Of a stretch of 64,000 nt of DNA, positions 30,801 through 39,870 are shown in pieces (within the stretch, counting starts at the first letter, position 1; each line of letters begins with the position of its first letter). A program made the translations under genes and the position numbers. The DNA is from an uncultured bacterium (GTDB taxonomy: Bacteria > Oederibacteriota > JAAXVQ01 > JAUVAV01). The DNA lies in NCBI GenBank assembly GCA_963710755.1, contig CAVQBK010000003.1, positions 1,248,001 to 1,312,000 on the forward strand, written 5' to 3'. The notes beneath the pieces are model-generated. The model had not been told where the DNA came from, made no database searches, and saw nothing but the letters and a program-made list of their open reading frames with translations.

Positions 30801-31061
30801 CCCAATCCTGCCGGCAGGGAAGTCAGCTTTAGTTTTAACCGTCAACAAGCACAGCTGGTGCAGATTGATATTTATAATATGGCTGGGGAACGGATAGCCC
30901 AAGTCTCGGGCCAAACCCAACCAATTGCAGGTGACCATCAGAAAATAGTCTGGTTGGTTCAGCAGGCAGCGCCGGGGTTATACTTATGCCGTGTTCAATG
31001 GAGCGGTCTAAATGGGGAAGAAAAGGCCAGAGCAGTTAAAAAACTGGTGATAGTTAAATAG
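27825..31061 (+). CDS. Secreted modular endo-beta-1,2-glucanase-like enzyme: 2x malectin + GH144 (glucoamylase-like fold) + CBM11-like + T9SS/FlgD-type C-terminal domain
   Basis: Signal peptide. Malectin motifs (YYVKLLYAE..GSRVFDVLIN; YQVVLLFSE..GQRVFDV). GH144 motifs SIAATGF, GFFFHFLD, ELSSIDSTL, RYNEG, WGLTASD, DGTV.P, GIDQG..IENYRTG. C-terminal YPNP...IYNMAGERI...GLYL..KKLVIVK. Start may be the ATG at 27840. Confidence 0.85.
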   Translation: MMGCCMKVSYNHRFFPTMILLLVTLVFIVIGIASADYDKRVICGRDSGGPYTDVYGYRWEQDQAYIPGDFGFTKPGTIGVYYGGVIENTVNWIPYRYERWNDPEYQFDVPGPGTYYVKLLYAEKWFGLPLDAGFGGGGVGSRVFDVLINDTMVQQDFDILLDTGERGARAVVMTYPVVIPSGGPYAIKITIASADQGGKLDAIEIADHPTLTAVMDNYRPASMTHEEVYRLNCGGGQVLDSQQQLWMPDEPFAMVQRWGFAGGREAVKPSYDINLLGVLDTWRAGDDQMSYRLHIPNGRYQVVLLFSEHEAQSPGQRVFDVLVNGQTVGNQLDIFKEAGAATLLEKETTLTVSDEKVDIRFANITAGEAMINGIELHVLDVTDNDFLDFVEKRSLDYFRMTDGPFATVNANNGLTLDRQHNFFGDHQWGAASIAATGFALAAICAGAERGWLDKAQVEQQAATTITYFNSASDYQDETQDEVTQKEGFFFHFLDMNTGKRVSTCELSSIDSTLLFAGMLAAADYFKNTALDSQAQALLQRANWTWFAQSSSLGFCAMAWRPESGAFESQWSRYNEGVLLNIIGMGASNNALSTAAWYYMDRYWVKAEGFDYMIEDPVEPTPMFTHLYPQCYLRLSNLQDDKNNYFKNNALVVDVDKAYCQSHSDQTYQAGGWGLTASDSPKKVYSYAVYRTKDGENDGTVNPCMVAGAIPFAPQQTIADLRRLYFDYKHFIWGRFGFSNSYNLDAPKLVSDEKSGVGWVAADIIGIDQGALVAGIENYRTGFVWDHFMAQPSVKQGMARVGMGSLLIDDFDNDGFYQDQPLSRDANWWSTAPSQCSLSVVTDQPGNSTACLKIDYIFQTGQTGLDFGMANLSQPANMSYFQDQSSLTFAFKGTVTMQLRFEDKKGQVSSWSSPFSLSSDQWQEENWDYNNLNWLNCDNKQIEKITFHIISVPNNANPGIFYLDSIRLGGSAVPVIVTSEILDKLKSDDVLLYPNPAGREVSFSFNRQQAQLVQIDIYNMAGERIAQVSGQTQPIAGDHQKIVWLVQQAAPGLYLCRVQWSGLNGEEKARAVKKLVIVK

Positions 31062-31086
31062 TGTGACCTATTTTATTTGATTTATC

Positions 31087-31114
31087 TTGACACCCCAAAG
31101 AAATATGATAAAAT
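31087..31114 (+). promoter_or_regulatory. Sigma70-type promoter of ABC transporter operon
   Basis: TTGACA-16 nt-TAAAAT with extended TG; AAGGAG RBS before the ATG at 31178. Confidence 0.65.
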
Positions 31115-31177
31115 CCATTCGGTTTTTTGACCACTTCCATTGAATTTTCTGTCAATCCTTTTAAAAGGAGCTATCCC

Positions 31178-32443
31178 ATGATAATGCCCAAATCAAAGTT
31201 AAATCTTTTTCTCATTGTCTTTTTAGGCATGATCTCCATGACGTTCTTGGGCTGCGGAGGCAAAAAGGCAGCACCGAATAAATCCTTGGTTATTTGGGGC
31301 ATGGGGGTGGAAGGTGAAAAGTTAAAAGAAATCATCGGCGATTTTAAGGCCGAACATCCGGAAGCTCAATTTACCATTCAGTCCGTACCTTGGGGAACAG
31401 CTCATGAAAAAATGATTACTTCTGTGGCCGGGGGCATTGGCCCGGATGTTTGCCAATTTGGCACCACCTGGATACCTGAATTTGTGGCCCTCGATGCTTT
31501 GGAACCATTGGACAGTTATATCGACAAATCGCCGAAAATCTCCAAAGCCGATTATTTTGAAGGGTCATGGGATACCGGTGTTATTAATAATGTAGATTAT
31601 GGAATTCCCTGGTATGTGGATACGCGTGTCGTTTTCTATCGTACGGATATCCTGCGGGAAGTGGGTTTTGACCATGCCCCACGAACCTGGGATGAGTTGA
31701 AAACAGTATGTGAAAAATTAACCGTCAAAAATGAAAAGGGTGACTATCTGCGCACAGGGATTTCCCTCTCGCCGGTGGATGCCAAAACCCTGCTGATGTT
31801 CATGTGGTCCAACGGCGGTGATGTATTGGCCGATGGCAATAAGAAAGTGGTCATCGACAGTCCCGAAAATGTGGAAGCCCTTCAATTTTATGCCATGTTT
31901 TTCAAAGAAGGTCTTTCCCCCATGGTGGCGCCAGGGGGGCTGGAATTATACAATAATTTTAAAACCGGCTATACGCCTATGTTCATTGGCGGGCCTTGGA
32001 TGCTCAAGGACTTGGACACCTATGTGCCTGAAATCAAGGGCAAATGGGATGTCGCTACACTGCCTGTCAAAAAAACAGGTACCTCTTTTGTCGGCGGCAG
32101 TAATTTCTGTATCTTTAAGGATAGCAACAACAAAGAACTGGCCTGGCAATTCATTGAATTCATGAGCCGTCCGGACATCCAGCTTAAATGGTATCAACTA
32201 ACTACGGATTTACCTACCCGTTTGGAAGCGTGGGAAAACGAATACTTCAAGGATAAAACCAAGGTTCAGGTGTTCGGCAAACAATTATTCCATACCAAAA
32301 CCCCGCCCAGGATCCAGCAATGGGAGGAAATGGAAGGGGCCATCAATCTGGAAATGGAAAAAGTGACACGCGATGATACCAGTGCTGCTGATGCCGTGGC
32401 TGCTATGCAGAGAAAGATCAAGACAATTCTGGAAAACCAATAA
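31178..32443 (+). CDS. Sugar ABC transporter substrate-binding lipoprotein (CUT1 family)
   Basis: Lipobox FLGC; PDVCQFGTTW..F...ALEPLD, YGIPWYVDTRVVFYRTD, AWQFIEF; RBS supports the start at 31178. Confidence 0.92.
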   Translation: MIMPKSKLNLFLIVFLGMISMTFLGCGGKKAAPNKSLVIWGMGVEGEKLKEIIGDFKAEHPEAQFTIQSVPWGTAHEKMITSVAGGIGPDVCQFGTTWIPEFVALDALEPLDSYIDKSPKISKADYFEGSWDTGVINNVDYGIPWYVDTRVVFYRTDILREVGFDHAPRTWDELKTVCEKLTVKNEKGDYLRTGISLSPVDAKTLLMFMWSNGGDVLADGNKKVVIDSPENVEALQFYAMFFKEGLSPMVAPGGLELYNNFKTGYTPMFIGGPWMLKDLDTYVPEIKGKWDVATLPVKKTGTSFVGGSNFCIFKDSNNKELAWQFIEFMSRPDIQLKWYQLTTDLPTRLEAWENEYFKDKTKVQVFGKQLFHTKTPPRIQQWEEMEGAINLEMEKVTRDDTSAADAVAAMQRKIKTILENQ

Positions 32444-32485
32444 TTCGGATGGTTCTGCCATTCACGAGCGAGGGATAATAGTGTA

Positions 32486-33385
32486 ATGGGAAAGAAGAAG
32501 CTGTTCAGCATTTACCATAATAATCCATGGGGCTATATATTCACCATCTATCCGGTCGTCATCTTGTTGGTCTTTATGTTTTTCCCCATTATTTATTCAT
32601 TGCTATTAAGTTTTACCGATGCCAATATTAAAACCATCACCAGTTTTTTCAATTTTCATTTCGTGGGCTTTGCCAATTATGTCAAGTTGTTCAAGGACGA
32701 AATATTTTGGAAAAGTTTTTTCAATACCTTTTACTTCGTACTGGTTGGCGGTCCTCTGACAATATTAGCCGCGCTTTTTTCCGCTTTACTGCTGAATAAA
32801 TCGATTGTTAAAGCCAAGTCTTTATTCAGGACTATTTATTTTCTGCCTGTGGTGACCACCATTGTGGCCATTGCCGTGGTTTGGCGCATGCTCTACGAGC
32901 CGCGTCTGGGTCTGATTAATTGGGTGCTTTCCTTGGTCTCCATTCAAGGCCCGGACTGGTTGAACAGCACCGTGTTTGCCATGCCGGCTATTATTGTCAT
33001 GGCCTCTTGGAAGGGCTTTGGTATCAACATGCTGATCCTGGTGGCCGGGCTTCAGGCTATTCCGCGCGAATTATACGAAGCCTCCCAGATCGATGGTGCC
33101 GACAAATTCCAACAGTTTCTTTACATTACCCTGCCTTCGTTAAAGCCAGTGCTGCTGACGGTCACCGTCATGGTCACCATTGGCTACCTGCAGGTGTTCG
33201 GCGAGCCCTATATTATGACGCAGGGTGGACCCTTACATTCCACCATTACAATGACCATGATGATTTACAACAATGGATTTAAGTTTTTTAACCTGGGTTA
33301 TGCCTCTACGATTGCTTATATTCTTTTTGCTTTGATCGCCTTTATGTCGTTTGTGCAAGTTAAATTTTTAAGGAGTGACACCTAA
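32486..33385 (+). CDS. Sugar ABC transporter permease (MalF/UgpA type)
   Basis: FVGFANY, AGLQAIPRELYEASQIDGA (EAA loop), TQGGP. Confidence 0.93.
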   Translation: MGKKKLFSIYHNNPWGYIFTIYPVVILLVFMFFPIIYSLLLSFTDANIKTITSFFNFHFVGFANYVKLFKDEIFWKSFFNTFYFVLVGGPLTILAALFSALLLNKSIVKAKSLFRTIYFLPVVTTIVAIAVVWRMLYEPRLGLINWVLSLVSIQGPDWLNSTVFAMPAIIVMASWKGFGINMLILVAGLQAIPRELYEASQIDGADKFQQFLYITLPSLKPVLLTVTVMVTIGYLQVFGEPYIMTQGGPLHSTITMTMMIYNNGFKFFNLGYASTIAYILFALIAFMSFVQVKFLRSDT

Positions 33386-33386
33386 C

Positions 33387-34259
33387 ATGGCTGTAGGAAC
33401 GCCGTCATCCTCCATAAAAGACCGGAAACTATATTTATATGAAAAACGGTTTGAATATGTTTGGACCTATTTGCTGCTCATTTTGGGCGCCATAATCACC
33501 ATTGCCCCCTTTCTGTGGATGGCCTTAACTTCCATCAAACCGGAGTGGGAAGTTTTCTTGATACCGCCTACCTTGATTCCCAAGGCCCCCACGCTCATAG
33601 CCTATAAAAAATTGTTTGAACAAGTTAATTTTGCCAGAACCTTAATGAACAGTGCAATAATCACCCTCTCTTTTACGGTAATCAATGTGTTCGTCTGTTC
33701 CTTGGCAGGTTATGCTTTCGCCAAAATCAAATTCCTGGGTCGGGATAAAATCTTCTTTCTCTTCCTGGCGACGATCATGATTCCCAGCCAGGTTACCATG
33801 ATTCCCTCTTTCATGGTGCTGCGCAACCTGGGTCTGCTCAACAATTACTTTGGTCTAATTCTGCCTGGGAGTGCTTCCATTTTCGGCATCTTCCTGGTGC
33901 GTCAATTCATGCTGGGTGTTCCTACGGATCTCATTGATGCTGCCCGTATTGATGGGTGCAATGAGTTTTTGATTTACCGGCACATCATTTTGCCCTTGCT
34001 CAGGCCGGTACTGGCCACGATTGCTATTTTTGCTTTTATGGGTGCCTGGAATGATTTTCTCTGGCCTCTGATCGTCATGACCAGTGAAAAAATGTACACC
34101 CTGCCAGTGGCCTTGGCCATGCTTAATGGAGAACACAACACAGCCTGGGCGCTATTGATGGCCGGCGCCATGGTCGTAACCCTGCCAGTGCTCATTGTCT
34201 TTTTCGCCTTGCAACGTTATTTTATTGAAGGCATTGCCCATTCCGGCATAAAAGGCTGA
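33387..34259 (+). CDS. Sugar ABC transporter permease (MalG/UgpE type)
   Basis: LAGYAFAK, DLIDAARIDG (EAA loop), WNDFLWP, QRYFIEGI; AGGAG upstream of the ATG at 33387. Confidence 0.93.
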   Translation: MAVGTPSSSIKDRKLYLYEKRFEYVWTYLLLILGAIITIAPFLWMALTSIKPEWEVFLIPPTLIPKAPTLIAYKKLFEQVNFARTLMNSAIITLSFTVINVFVCSLAGYAFAKIKFLGRDKIFFLFLATIMIPSQVTMIPSFMVLRNLGLLNNYFGLILPGSASIFGIFLVRQFMLGVPTDLIDAARIDGCNEFLIYRHIILPLLRPVLATIAIFAFMGAWNDFLWPLIVMTSEKMYTLPVALAMLNGEHNTAWALLMAGAMVVTLPVLIVFFALQRYFIEGIAHSGIKG

Positions 34260-34367
34260 GTCCCGTTCCTGCACTGGAAGCGGGCTGGTGTTTGTTAGCC
34301 AGGATCTCCATAAACACACCAATTTTATATGGTTGCCAAAGCAAGCGGCTTCATTAAGAGGTAAGTC

Positions 34368-35669
34368 ATGACCTTGTTTAAGAGAAATAGGCTAAGGTTG
34401 TTTTTAATCCTGGTGGCCGGCTCTTTGAGTGTCATGACTACAGCCCGTGCGAATCAGTCTCTAGACCACAAAACCTACCTGCGCGGCCTTTATCACGATA
34501 CCTATGCCTGCCTCGATTATTTTACGGCCCCTGCCACGAACTTTCCTTATGATGTGAGCACCAAGAAAGCGGAGACCTCTATCAGCAATATCGGCCTGTA
34601 TATGGCGGCCACGGCCGTGGCCGGCAAAACCGGGCTCCTTAGTGACCAGCAAGCCCTATCCAGATTGAATAAAACCTTTGCCGCCCTCCGGCGTATCCCT
34701 ACCTGGGAGGGCTTTCCAGTAACGTGGGTCAACGTGGAAAATGCGCAACTGGCTTATGGACCAAAATTTTCTTATGCCGATCACATTGGGAACCTTATCT
34801 GCGGCTTGTTGGTGGTAGCCGGATTGTATCCGGAAGACTTTGCCCGAAAAGTGAATGCTTTCATTACGCCCATGAATTTTAAGGCCACCTTTGATCCTCG
34901 CGTGAATATGATCAAGGGTGGTTATGATTTTGAGAAAAAAACCTTTGATGTCAAGCAATCTTGGGGAAATTGGTACTATAACCTTTTAGCCAGCGATACC
35001 CGTCAGTTTGGTTTGTTGGGTATGGCCAGGGGACAGATTCCGGAAGTCTATTGGCGGACCTTAACCAGGCACAATAATTTTAATGATCCCCTGGACAAGG
35101 AAATGCTTACCTTGCTTGGCCCGGGACGGGAACCTTATTATTGGCCGGGCATGGAAGGCGGCGGACTGTTTATGCAATATCTGCCGGGGATTTTTCTTAT
35201 GGAGAAAAACACGGCCATGGGCATCTCCGCAAAAACCATGGCCTATGCTCAGATTAAACTAGCCCGGGCGCAGCATACGTATCCTTTTTGGGGCATCTCA
35301 GCTTCAGAAACTCCCGACGGCCGGGGTTACCTCGGCTGGGGGACATTGAAAAAATCGGTCGTAACGCCCCATGCCAGTATGCTGGCGGTGGCTGATTTTC
35401 CTGAAGACACCGTAAAGTGTTTGCGGGCTTTGGAAAAAAAGAATATGCGGCCGGTTGTTTCCATTGATGGCCGGGATTATCACTTCGGGTTCACCGATGC
35501 TTATGATACCACCGCTCAGACGTCATCGGAACACTATTTGGCGTTGGATCAGAGCATGGCATTTTTGAGTTTGGCCAATTATTTATATGATGAGATTGTG
35601 CGTAAGGCCTTTCAGACCCCCCCCTTGGGACATAAAGCCCAGACCTTGCTGGAAAAGCTGGAACCATAA
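34368..35669 (+). CDS. Secreted beta-1,2-glucanase-clan (glucoamylase-like/DUF3131) protein
   Basis: Signal peptide; TSISNIGLY, LLASDTR, GGGLFMQ, WGISASE, VVTPHAS, FGFTDA, LALDQSM. Confidence 0.8.
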   Translation: MTLFKRNRLRLFLILVAGSLSVMTTARANQSLDHKTYLRGLYHDTYACLDYFTAPATNFPYDVSTKKAETSISNIGLYMAATAVAGKTGLLSDQQALSRLNKTFAALRRIPTWEGFPVTWVNVENAQLAYGPKFSYADHIGNLICGLLVVAGLYPEDFARKVNAFITPMNFKATFDPRVNMIKGGYDFEKKTFDVKQSWGNWYYNLLASDTRQFGLLGMARGQIPEVYWRTLTRHNNFNDPLDKEMLTLLGPGREPYYWPGMEGGGLFMQYLPGIFLMEKNTAMGISAKTMAYAQIKLARAQHTYPFWGISASETPDGRGYLGWGTLKKSVVTPHASMLAVADFPEDTVKCLRALEKKNMRPVVSIDGRDYHFGFTDAYDTTAQTSSEHYLALDQSMAFLSLANYLYDEIVRKAFQTPPLGHKAQTLLEKLEP

Positions 35670-35812
35670 GCATAAGATGATCTGAGCTTGGTCCACAGGT
35701 CGGGCAGGAGCCACCGGAACGGGTGAGCACCTTCGTGCCGGCACTGGTAATGAGTCCGGAACTACTATTGGTCATGGCATGGAAACGCTCTTGTGATTTT
35801 AAATGGTTGTGG

Positions 35813-35840
35813 TTGACGTTCCCGAAGGTTGTGGTATGAT
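35813..35840 (+). promoter_or_regulatory. Putative sigma70 promoter
   Basis: TTGACG-16 nt-TATGAT with extended TG, about 200 nt upstream of the CDS at 36039. Confidence 0.5.
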
Positions 35841-36038
35841 AATCTGACTTTTAGATCAGCACTCGGAAAAATCCAGCTGGACTATGACACATGGTGGTAC
35901 ACCAACGGCAGTCCAAGGTTGTTTGGCCTGACCGGATTCGTCCCCAGCCATATCAAACCTGCAAGCATGGCCTGCTACTGGGTCCTCGGAGCCACAGTGG
36001 TATGACCACCAACTTCATCTCACCTTAGGAGAGTTATT

Positions 36039-38054
36039 ATGGGATCCAATATCCGCACCAAAAGTCTTCGCTTTGGCCTGTTGCTTCTGCTGGCCCTATC
36101 ATTGCTTCAACAACCGGCGCTGGCCATGGGCAGTATTAAAGGCTACTTCTCAAAAGATAAACTGTCCTCAAAAGATATTAACTATTTAAAAGGCGTGGCC
36201 AAGGAGACCTGGTCTTGTATTGATTTCATGGTCAATCCCAATACCCAGCTGCCTTATGATAATATTCATAAATACGAATGGACCTCGGTCACCAACATCG
36301 GTTTGTATGTGGCCAGTATTGCGGCAGCGGTGGACATGGGGTATTTGTCCAAAAAAACAGCAGAAGAACGTTTGAAGGTTCTTCTTGAAAACTATGATCA
36401 ATTTCAAAAGTGGGATGGCTTTACCCAGAGTTGGAACAGCGTGGTGAGCGGCAAACCGTCACCCAATGATCCCTGGACCTCCACCCTGGATTCCGGCAAT
36501 TTATATGCCGGGATGATGGTGGCCCGTGCCTATTTCCCCAAACTGAAATCTCTCCTCACCCAAATTCTCGACGAACCCAAATGGGCCAGCGTCTATGATC
36601 CCAATAATGAAAAGTTGTTGTTCGGGTACAATTTCCGCACCCGGAAATTGGGTGGACCGCTCAATGATTTTGGATCCGATGCCCGCCTGGCTTATTTTCT
36701 GGCCATGGGCAAAGGCGTGGTTCCGAAAAACGCCTTGGAAAAGTTAAACCGCGGCCTGGAAGAACGGTATGGCTATCAATATTATCTGCCCGGCTGGCAG
36801 GGCGGCGGGCTGTTCATGCAGATGATTTCCGGTCTGATGGTGGACGAGCGCAATACCTTGATGGGCCAGGCTGCAGCCAATTTTGCCTATGCTCAGATTT
36901 TGCATGCCAAGGAAAAGGATTATCCGGTCTGGGGATGGTCGGCCAGTGAATCGCCCAGCGGTGGTTACCTGGGCATGAATGCCATTGAGGATGACGTCGT
37001 CACACCGCATGCCTCTGTTCTTGCGATTATTTATTATCCCCGCCATGTGGTGAGAAATTTAAAAGAACTGGAAAAAATGGGGGCCCGCAAACCCTTGCTG
37101 ATCAACGGTAAAGAACGTCATTTTGGATTTCGTGATGCCATCAACATTAAAAGTGGCAAGGTCACGGACAACTACCTCATGCTCGATCAGTGCATGCTCT
37201 TTTTATCGTTGGCTAATTATTTGAATAAAGGTGTTATCTGGAAAAATTTCAAAAAAAATCCCGGCATTGGCGACGATTATGCCACAGTTCCGGATTTACG
37301 CGACCGTCATATCTTCAAAACCCTGCAAGCCCGTGATTTGAAAAAAGCCGTGGTGGGGGAAGTGGATGCGCTGGCCAAATTGCCTGAACCCAATGTGGTG
37401 GTACACCCCTTTAAGGAAAAAGGCATGCGCGAAACGACCGCGGTTTATGCGGTGGATGGCATCAAGGTGGACGGTGATTTGGAAGATTGGGGGCAGGCTG
37501 ATCCCATTGTTATCAACCGGGAAACCAACGCGGAGGTTGAAAATCAAAATCAGGAAGGTAACCAACAGGCGATTGCCTATTTCATGTGGGACCAGACCTA
37601 TTTGTATTTTGCAGCCCGGGTGTATGACAGGGACCTCGTGTTTACTCAAAATCCGGTTGATTTATGGAAAGATGATGCCATTGAATTATTTATTGCGCCC
37701 AAGCAAAAAGATTTTGAATGGGGCCGCAAAGACTGTTTTCAGATCGGGTTGAGTGCCAGCGGGCCCGAGGGTAAGCCTGAAAAATGGGCTTGGTTTCAAA
37801 ACGGTGATCCCGGCGATAATGTAGAGCTGGCTTCCAAATTGCTGGACAAGGATGTGGAAGAAGAGGACAAAGGTTATATTATCGAAGCGGCGATTAAGTG
37901 GTCATTTTTAGGCATTACCCCCGCGGTTGACCAGGTGATTGGTGTCAGCCCGGCCATTCATTTTGTAGATAAAAATCATCAAAACGAAGTCAAGTTGAAC
38001 TGGTGTTACTTGCCGGATGGTAAATCCTTGGGAAAATTAAAATTAGTAAAATAA
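36039..38054 (+). CDS. Secreted beta-1,2-glucanase-clan protein with C-terminal CBM9-like sugar-binding domain
   Basis: Signal peptide; TSVTNIGLY, STLDSGNL, GSDARL, GGGLFMQ, WGWSASE, VVTPHAS, LMLDQCM. C-terminal IKVDGDLEDW...WDQTYLYFAARVYD...WKDDAIELF...GYIIEAAIKW (CBM9-like). AGGAG RBS. Confidence 0.85.
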   Translation: MGSNIRTKSLRFGLLLLLALSLLQQPALAMGSIKGYFSKDKLSSKDINYLKGVAKETWSCIDFMVNPNTQLPYDNIHKYEWTSVTNIGLYVASIAAAVDMGYLSKKTAEERLKVLLENYDQFQKWDGFTQSWNSVVSGKPSPNDPWTSTLDSGNLYAGMMVARAYFPKLKSLLTQILDEPKWASVYDPNNEKLLFGYNFRTRKLGGPLNDFGSDARLAYFLAMGKGVVPKNALEKLNRGLEERYGYQYYLPGWQGGGLFMQMISGLMVDERNTLMGQAAANFAYAQILHAKEKDYPVWGWSASESPSGGYLGMNAIEDDVVTPHASVLAIIYYPRHVVRNLKELEKMGARKPLLINGKERHFGFRDAINIKSGKVTDNYLMLDQCMLFLSLANYLNKGVIWKNFKKNPGIGDDYATVPDLRDRHIFKTLQARDLKKAVVGEVDALAKLPEPNVVVHPFKEKGMRETTAVYAVDGIKVDGDLEDWGQADPIVINRETNAEVENQNQEGNQQAIAYFMWDQTYLYFAARVYDRDLVFTQNPVDLWKDDAIELFIAPKQKDFEWGRKDCFQIGLSASGPEGKPEKWAWFQNGDPGDNVELASKLLDKDVEEEDKGYIIEAAIKWSFLGITPAVDQVIGVSPAIHFVDKNHQNEVKLNWCYLPDGKSLGKLKLVK

Positions 38055-38113
38055 CTGCTGCTGATCCTGCCGGGTGTGCTTCGAATGACATTCCCGGCAG
38101 GGTTCGAGCCATA

Positions 38114-38160
38114 GCCGCCCGGTCACTATTTGTGATCCGGGTTTCGGGCGGCATTTTTTT
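38114..38160 (+). terminator. Intrinsic terminator
   Basis: gccgcccg...cgggcggc stem followed by a T run; preceded by another hairpin, cctgccggg...cccggcagg (38066-38101). Confidence 0.7.
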
Positions 38161-38337
38161 AATCGGGTAAAATCATTGTTTTTTAAGCACTTTCCAAGCG
38201 TCGACTGTGTGTCCTGGCTGTTTGAATTGCTTCATATTAAGAATTGTGGTTTGTAAAAAAAATAAACCTTGGACAAGCGACTAAATAGATTTGCATCTCT
38301 CCCCATCATCTGTTAATCTTTCATTAAAATCCTACTA

Positions 38338-38375
38338 AACATTCAGCCATTTTTTACAACATCCAGCCATTTTTT
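38338..38375. promoter_or_regulatory. 18 bp direct repeat, 20 bp period (putative regulator binding site)
   Basis: aacattcagccatttttt (38338) and aacatccagccatttttt (38358), one mismatch, upstream of the pilin-like genes. Confidence 0.5.
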
Positions 38376-38515
38376 TAAAAAAAAAGGAAATAAAAGCAGG
38401 ACGGCAAGGCTCTAATTAAATGAGGTGGACTTGTTTAAGCAGGAGGGACTCGTGTTTTGGTGCGTCCTGAAACAAAGCAGCCACCAACACTAAACAAGGG
38501 GAGGGAAATTGAATC

Positions 38516-39118
38516 ATGAAAAAAATGGTGATGTTAGGCTTGGCAGTGGTCGCAATGGTTGCATTTTCGGGGTTAGCCAAGGCGGCGAGTTCCGAGGCAT
38601 TTCATTTGGTGGTTGTGGTTGCAAGCGATGAGATTGCGGTGGATGTGACCGGCGTGGATAACAACGGCTACGTTAATCTCGGGGTCGTGCAGGCAGGCAA
38701 TGCTCTGGTGACGTCATCAGGACAGCATTCCAATGTGATGAACGTGGGCTATGGCACCATTGATCTGCAACTGCAGGCTGTGACCAATGCCAACAACTCG
38801 ACCTGGACGCAGCGCACCGATGCCCCCAGCAATCCCCTTAATGCTAATGAATACCGTTTGGGTGGTATCTTTACCCAGTGGGATAGGAGTACCATTGCAG
38901 CCTCGGATTTCGGAGCTGATGATATTTTTCAAACGACGGCCACCACTTGCACGGCCACGGTTCATGCCTTTGACAGCGAGGCTGATGGCGTAAAAGGATT
39001 TAATGTAGCGCCCGGAGCTTCCCGCGCCTTGCATTACATGTTCCAAGCGCCGTCCACCGTTTCCAACCCTGGTGAAGTGGTCATGGATCTGGTAGTTTCG
39101 GCGGTCTTGCATATTTAA
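38516..39118 (+). CDS. Secreted pilin-like subunit 1 (paralog family)
   Basis: Sec signal ending AKA; N-terminal alternating strand ASSEAFHLVVVV; shared motifs GIFTQWDR, ASDF..DDI, KGFN..G..R; ends VSAVLHI; GGAGG RBS. Confidence 0.75.
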   Translation: MKKMVMLGLAVVAMVAFSGLAKAASSEAFHLVVVVASDEIAVDVTGVDNNGYVNLGVVQAGNALVTSSGQHSNVMNVGYGTIDLQLQAVTNANNSTWTQRTDAPSNPLNANEYRLGGIFTQWDRSTIAASDFGADDIFQTTATTCTATVHAFDSEADGVKGFNVAPGASRALHYMFQAPSTVSNPGEVVMDLVVSAVLHI

Positions 39119-39221
39119 TTCACCGAGTTCGGCGTCATGAAAACACTGCCTTTTTTAAAGTGTAACCACCCAATGTCTAAGGGGCTAACGAACACCGCCT
39201 AACAAAGGCTAGAGGACGTTT

Positions 39222-39830
39222 ATGATAAGATACACGGTTCTTTTTCTGGGGATGATTGTGGTTCTTCTTTCGCTACGGCCCGTAGCGGCTGAAGATCAAA
39301 CGCACCTGGAATTCAATATCATTGTTTCCATCGAGGCCAATGATATCGCATTGGAGATCTCGGCGGGCGAATATCACGCATTCCTGGATAAAACAGCTGT
39401 CCGAACCGGTGAAACCATAATCACGCCGGCCAAGCAGGACGTGACCGTCACCAATGTAGGCGGCCGTAATATCACGGTGTCTATCCAGGCCTCGACCAAT
39501 GAGACCAGCGTCGGTCACTGGACCCAACGGGTGGACGGCCTAGGCAATACGCTCAATGCTAATGAATACCGGATCAGCGCCATATTTACCAATGCTCAAC
39601 GTTCCGTCATGACGGCTGCTGATTTTGGGGATGAAGACGTTTTGAACACTGTCCTTAAACCTGCGACCAGCACGGCATTAGCTTATAATCAGGAATTGGA
39701 TCGTTACAAAGGATTTAATATTCCCCCGGGGGAGAGCAGATCTTTGTTCTTTCGTTTCGATGCGCCACCCACCGTGACTTACCCTGGGGAACTGTTGATT
39801 GACATTGGGCTCCATGCCCAATTGCCCTGA
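39222..39830 (+). CDS. Secreted pilin-like subunit 2 (paralog family)
   Basis: Signal peptide; WTQR...LNANEYR..IFT, ADFG.EDV, KGFNIP.G.SR.LFFRFDAP..V..PGE; clearly homologous to the 38516 protein. Confidence 0.75.
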   Translation: MIRYTVLFLGMIVVLLSLRPVAAEDQTHLEFNIIVSIEANDIALEISAGEYHAFLDKTAVRTGETIITPAKQDVTVTNVGGRNITVSIQASTNETSVGHWTQRVDGLGNTLNANEYRISAIFTNAQRSVMTAADFGDEDVLNTVLKPATSTALAYNQELDRYKGFNIPPGESRSLFFRFDAPPTVTYPGELLIDIGLHAQLP

Positions 39831-39861
39831 AGAGAAAAAACGCTTTACGGTCATAAGAGTG

Positions 39862-39870
39862 TGGTATAAT
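39862..39870 (+). promoter_or_regulatory. Extended -10 promoter element
   Basis: TGgTATAAT about 170 nt upstream of the CDS at 40037; TTTACG upstream at a sub-optimal spacing. Confidence 0.5.

Noticed and set aside
35690-35730. caggtcgggcaggagcc resembling the SRP RNA domain IV loop
   Set aside because: Lacks the GGAA tetraloop stem and the AGCAG motif; no long flanking helix.
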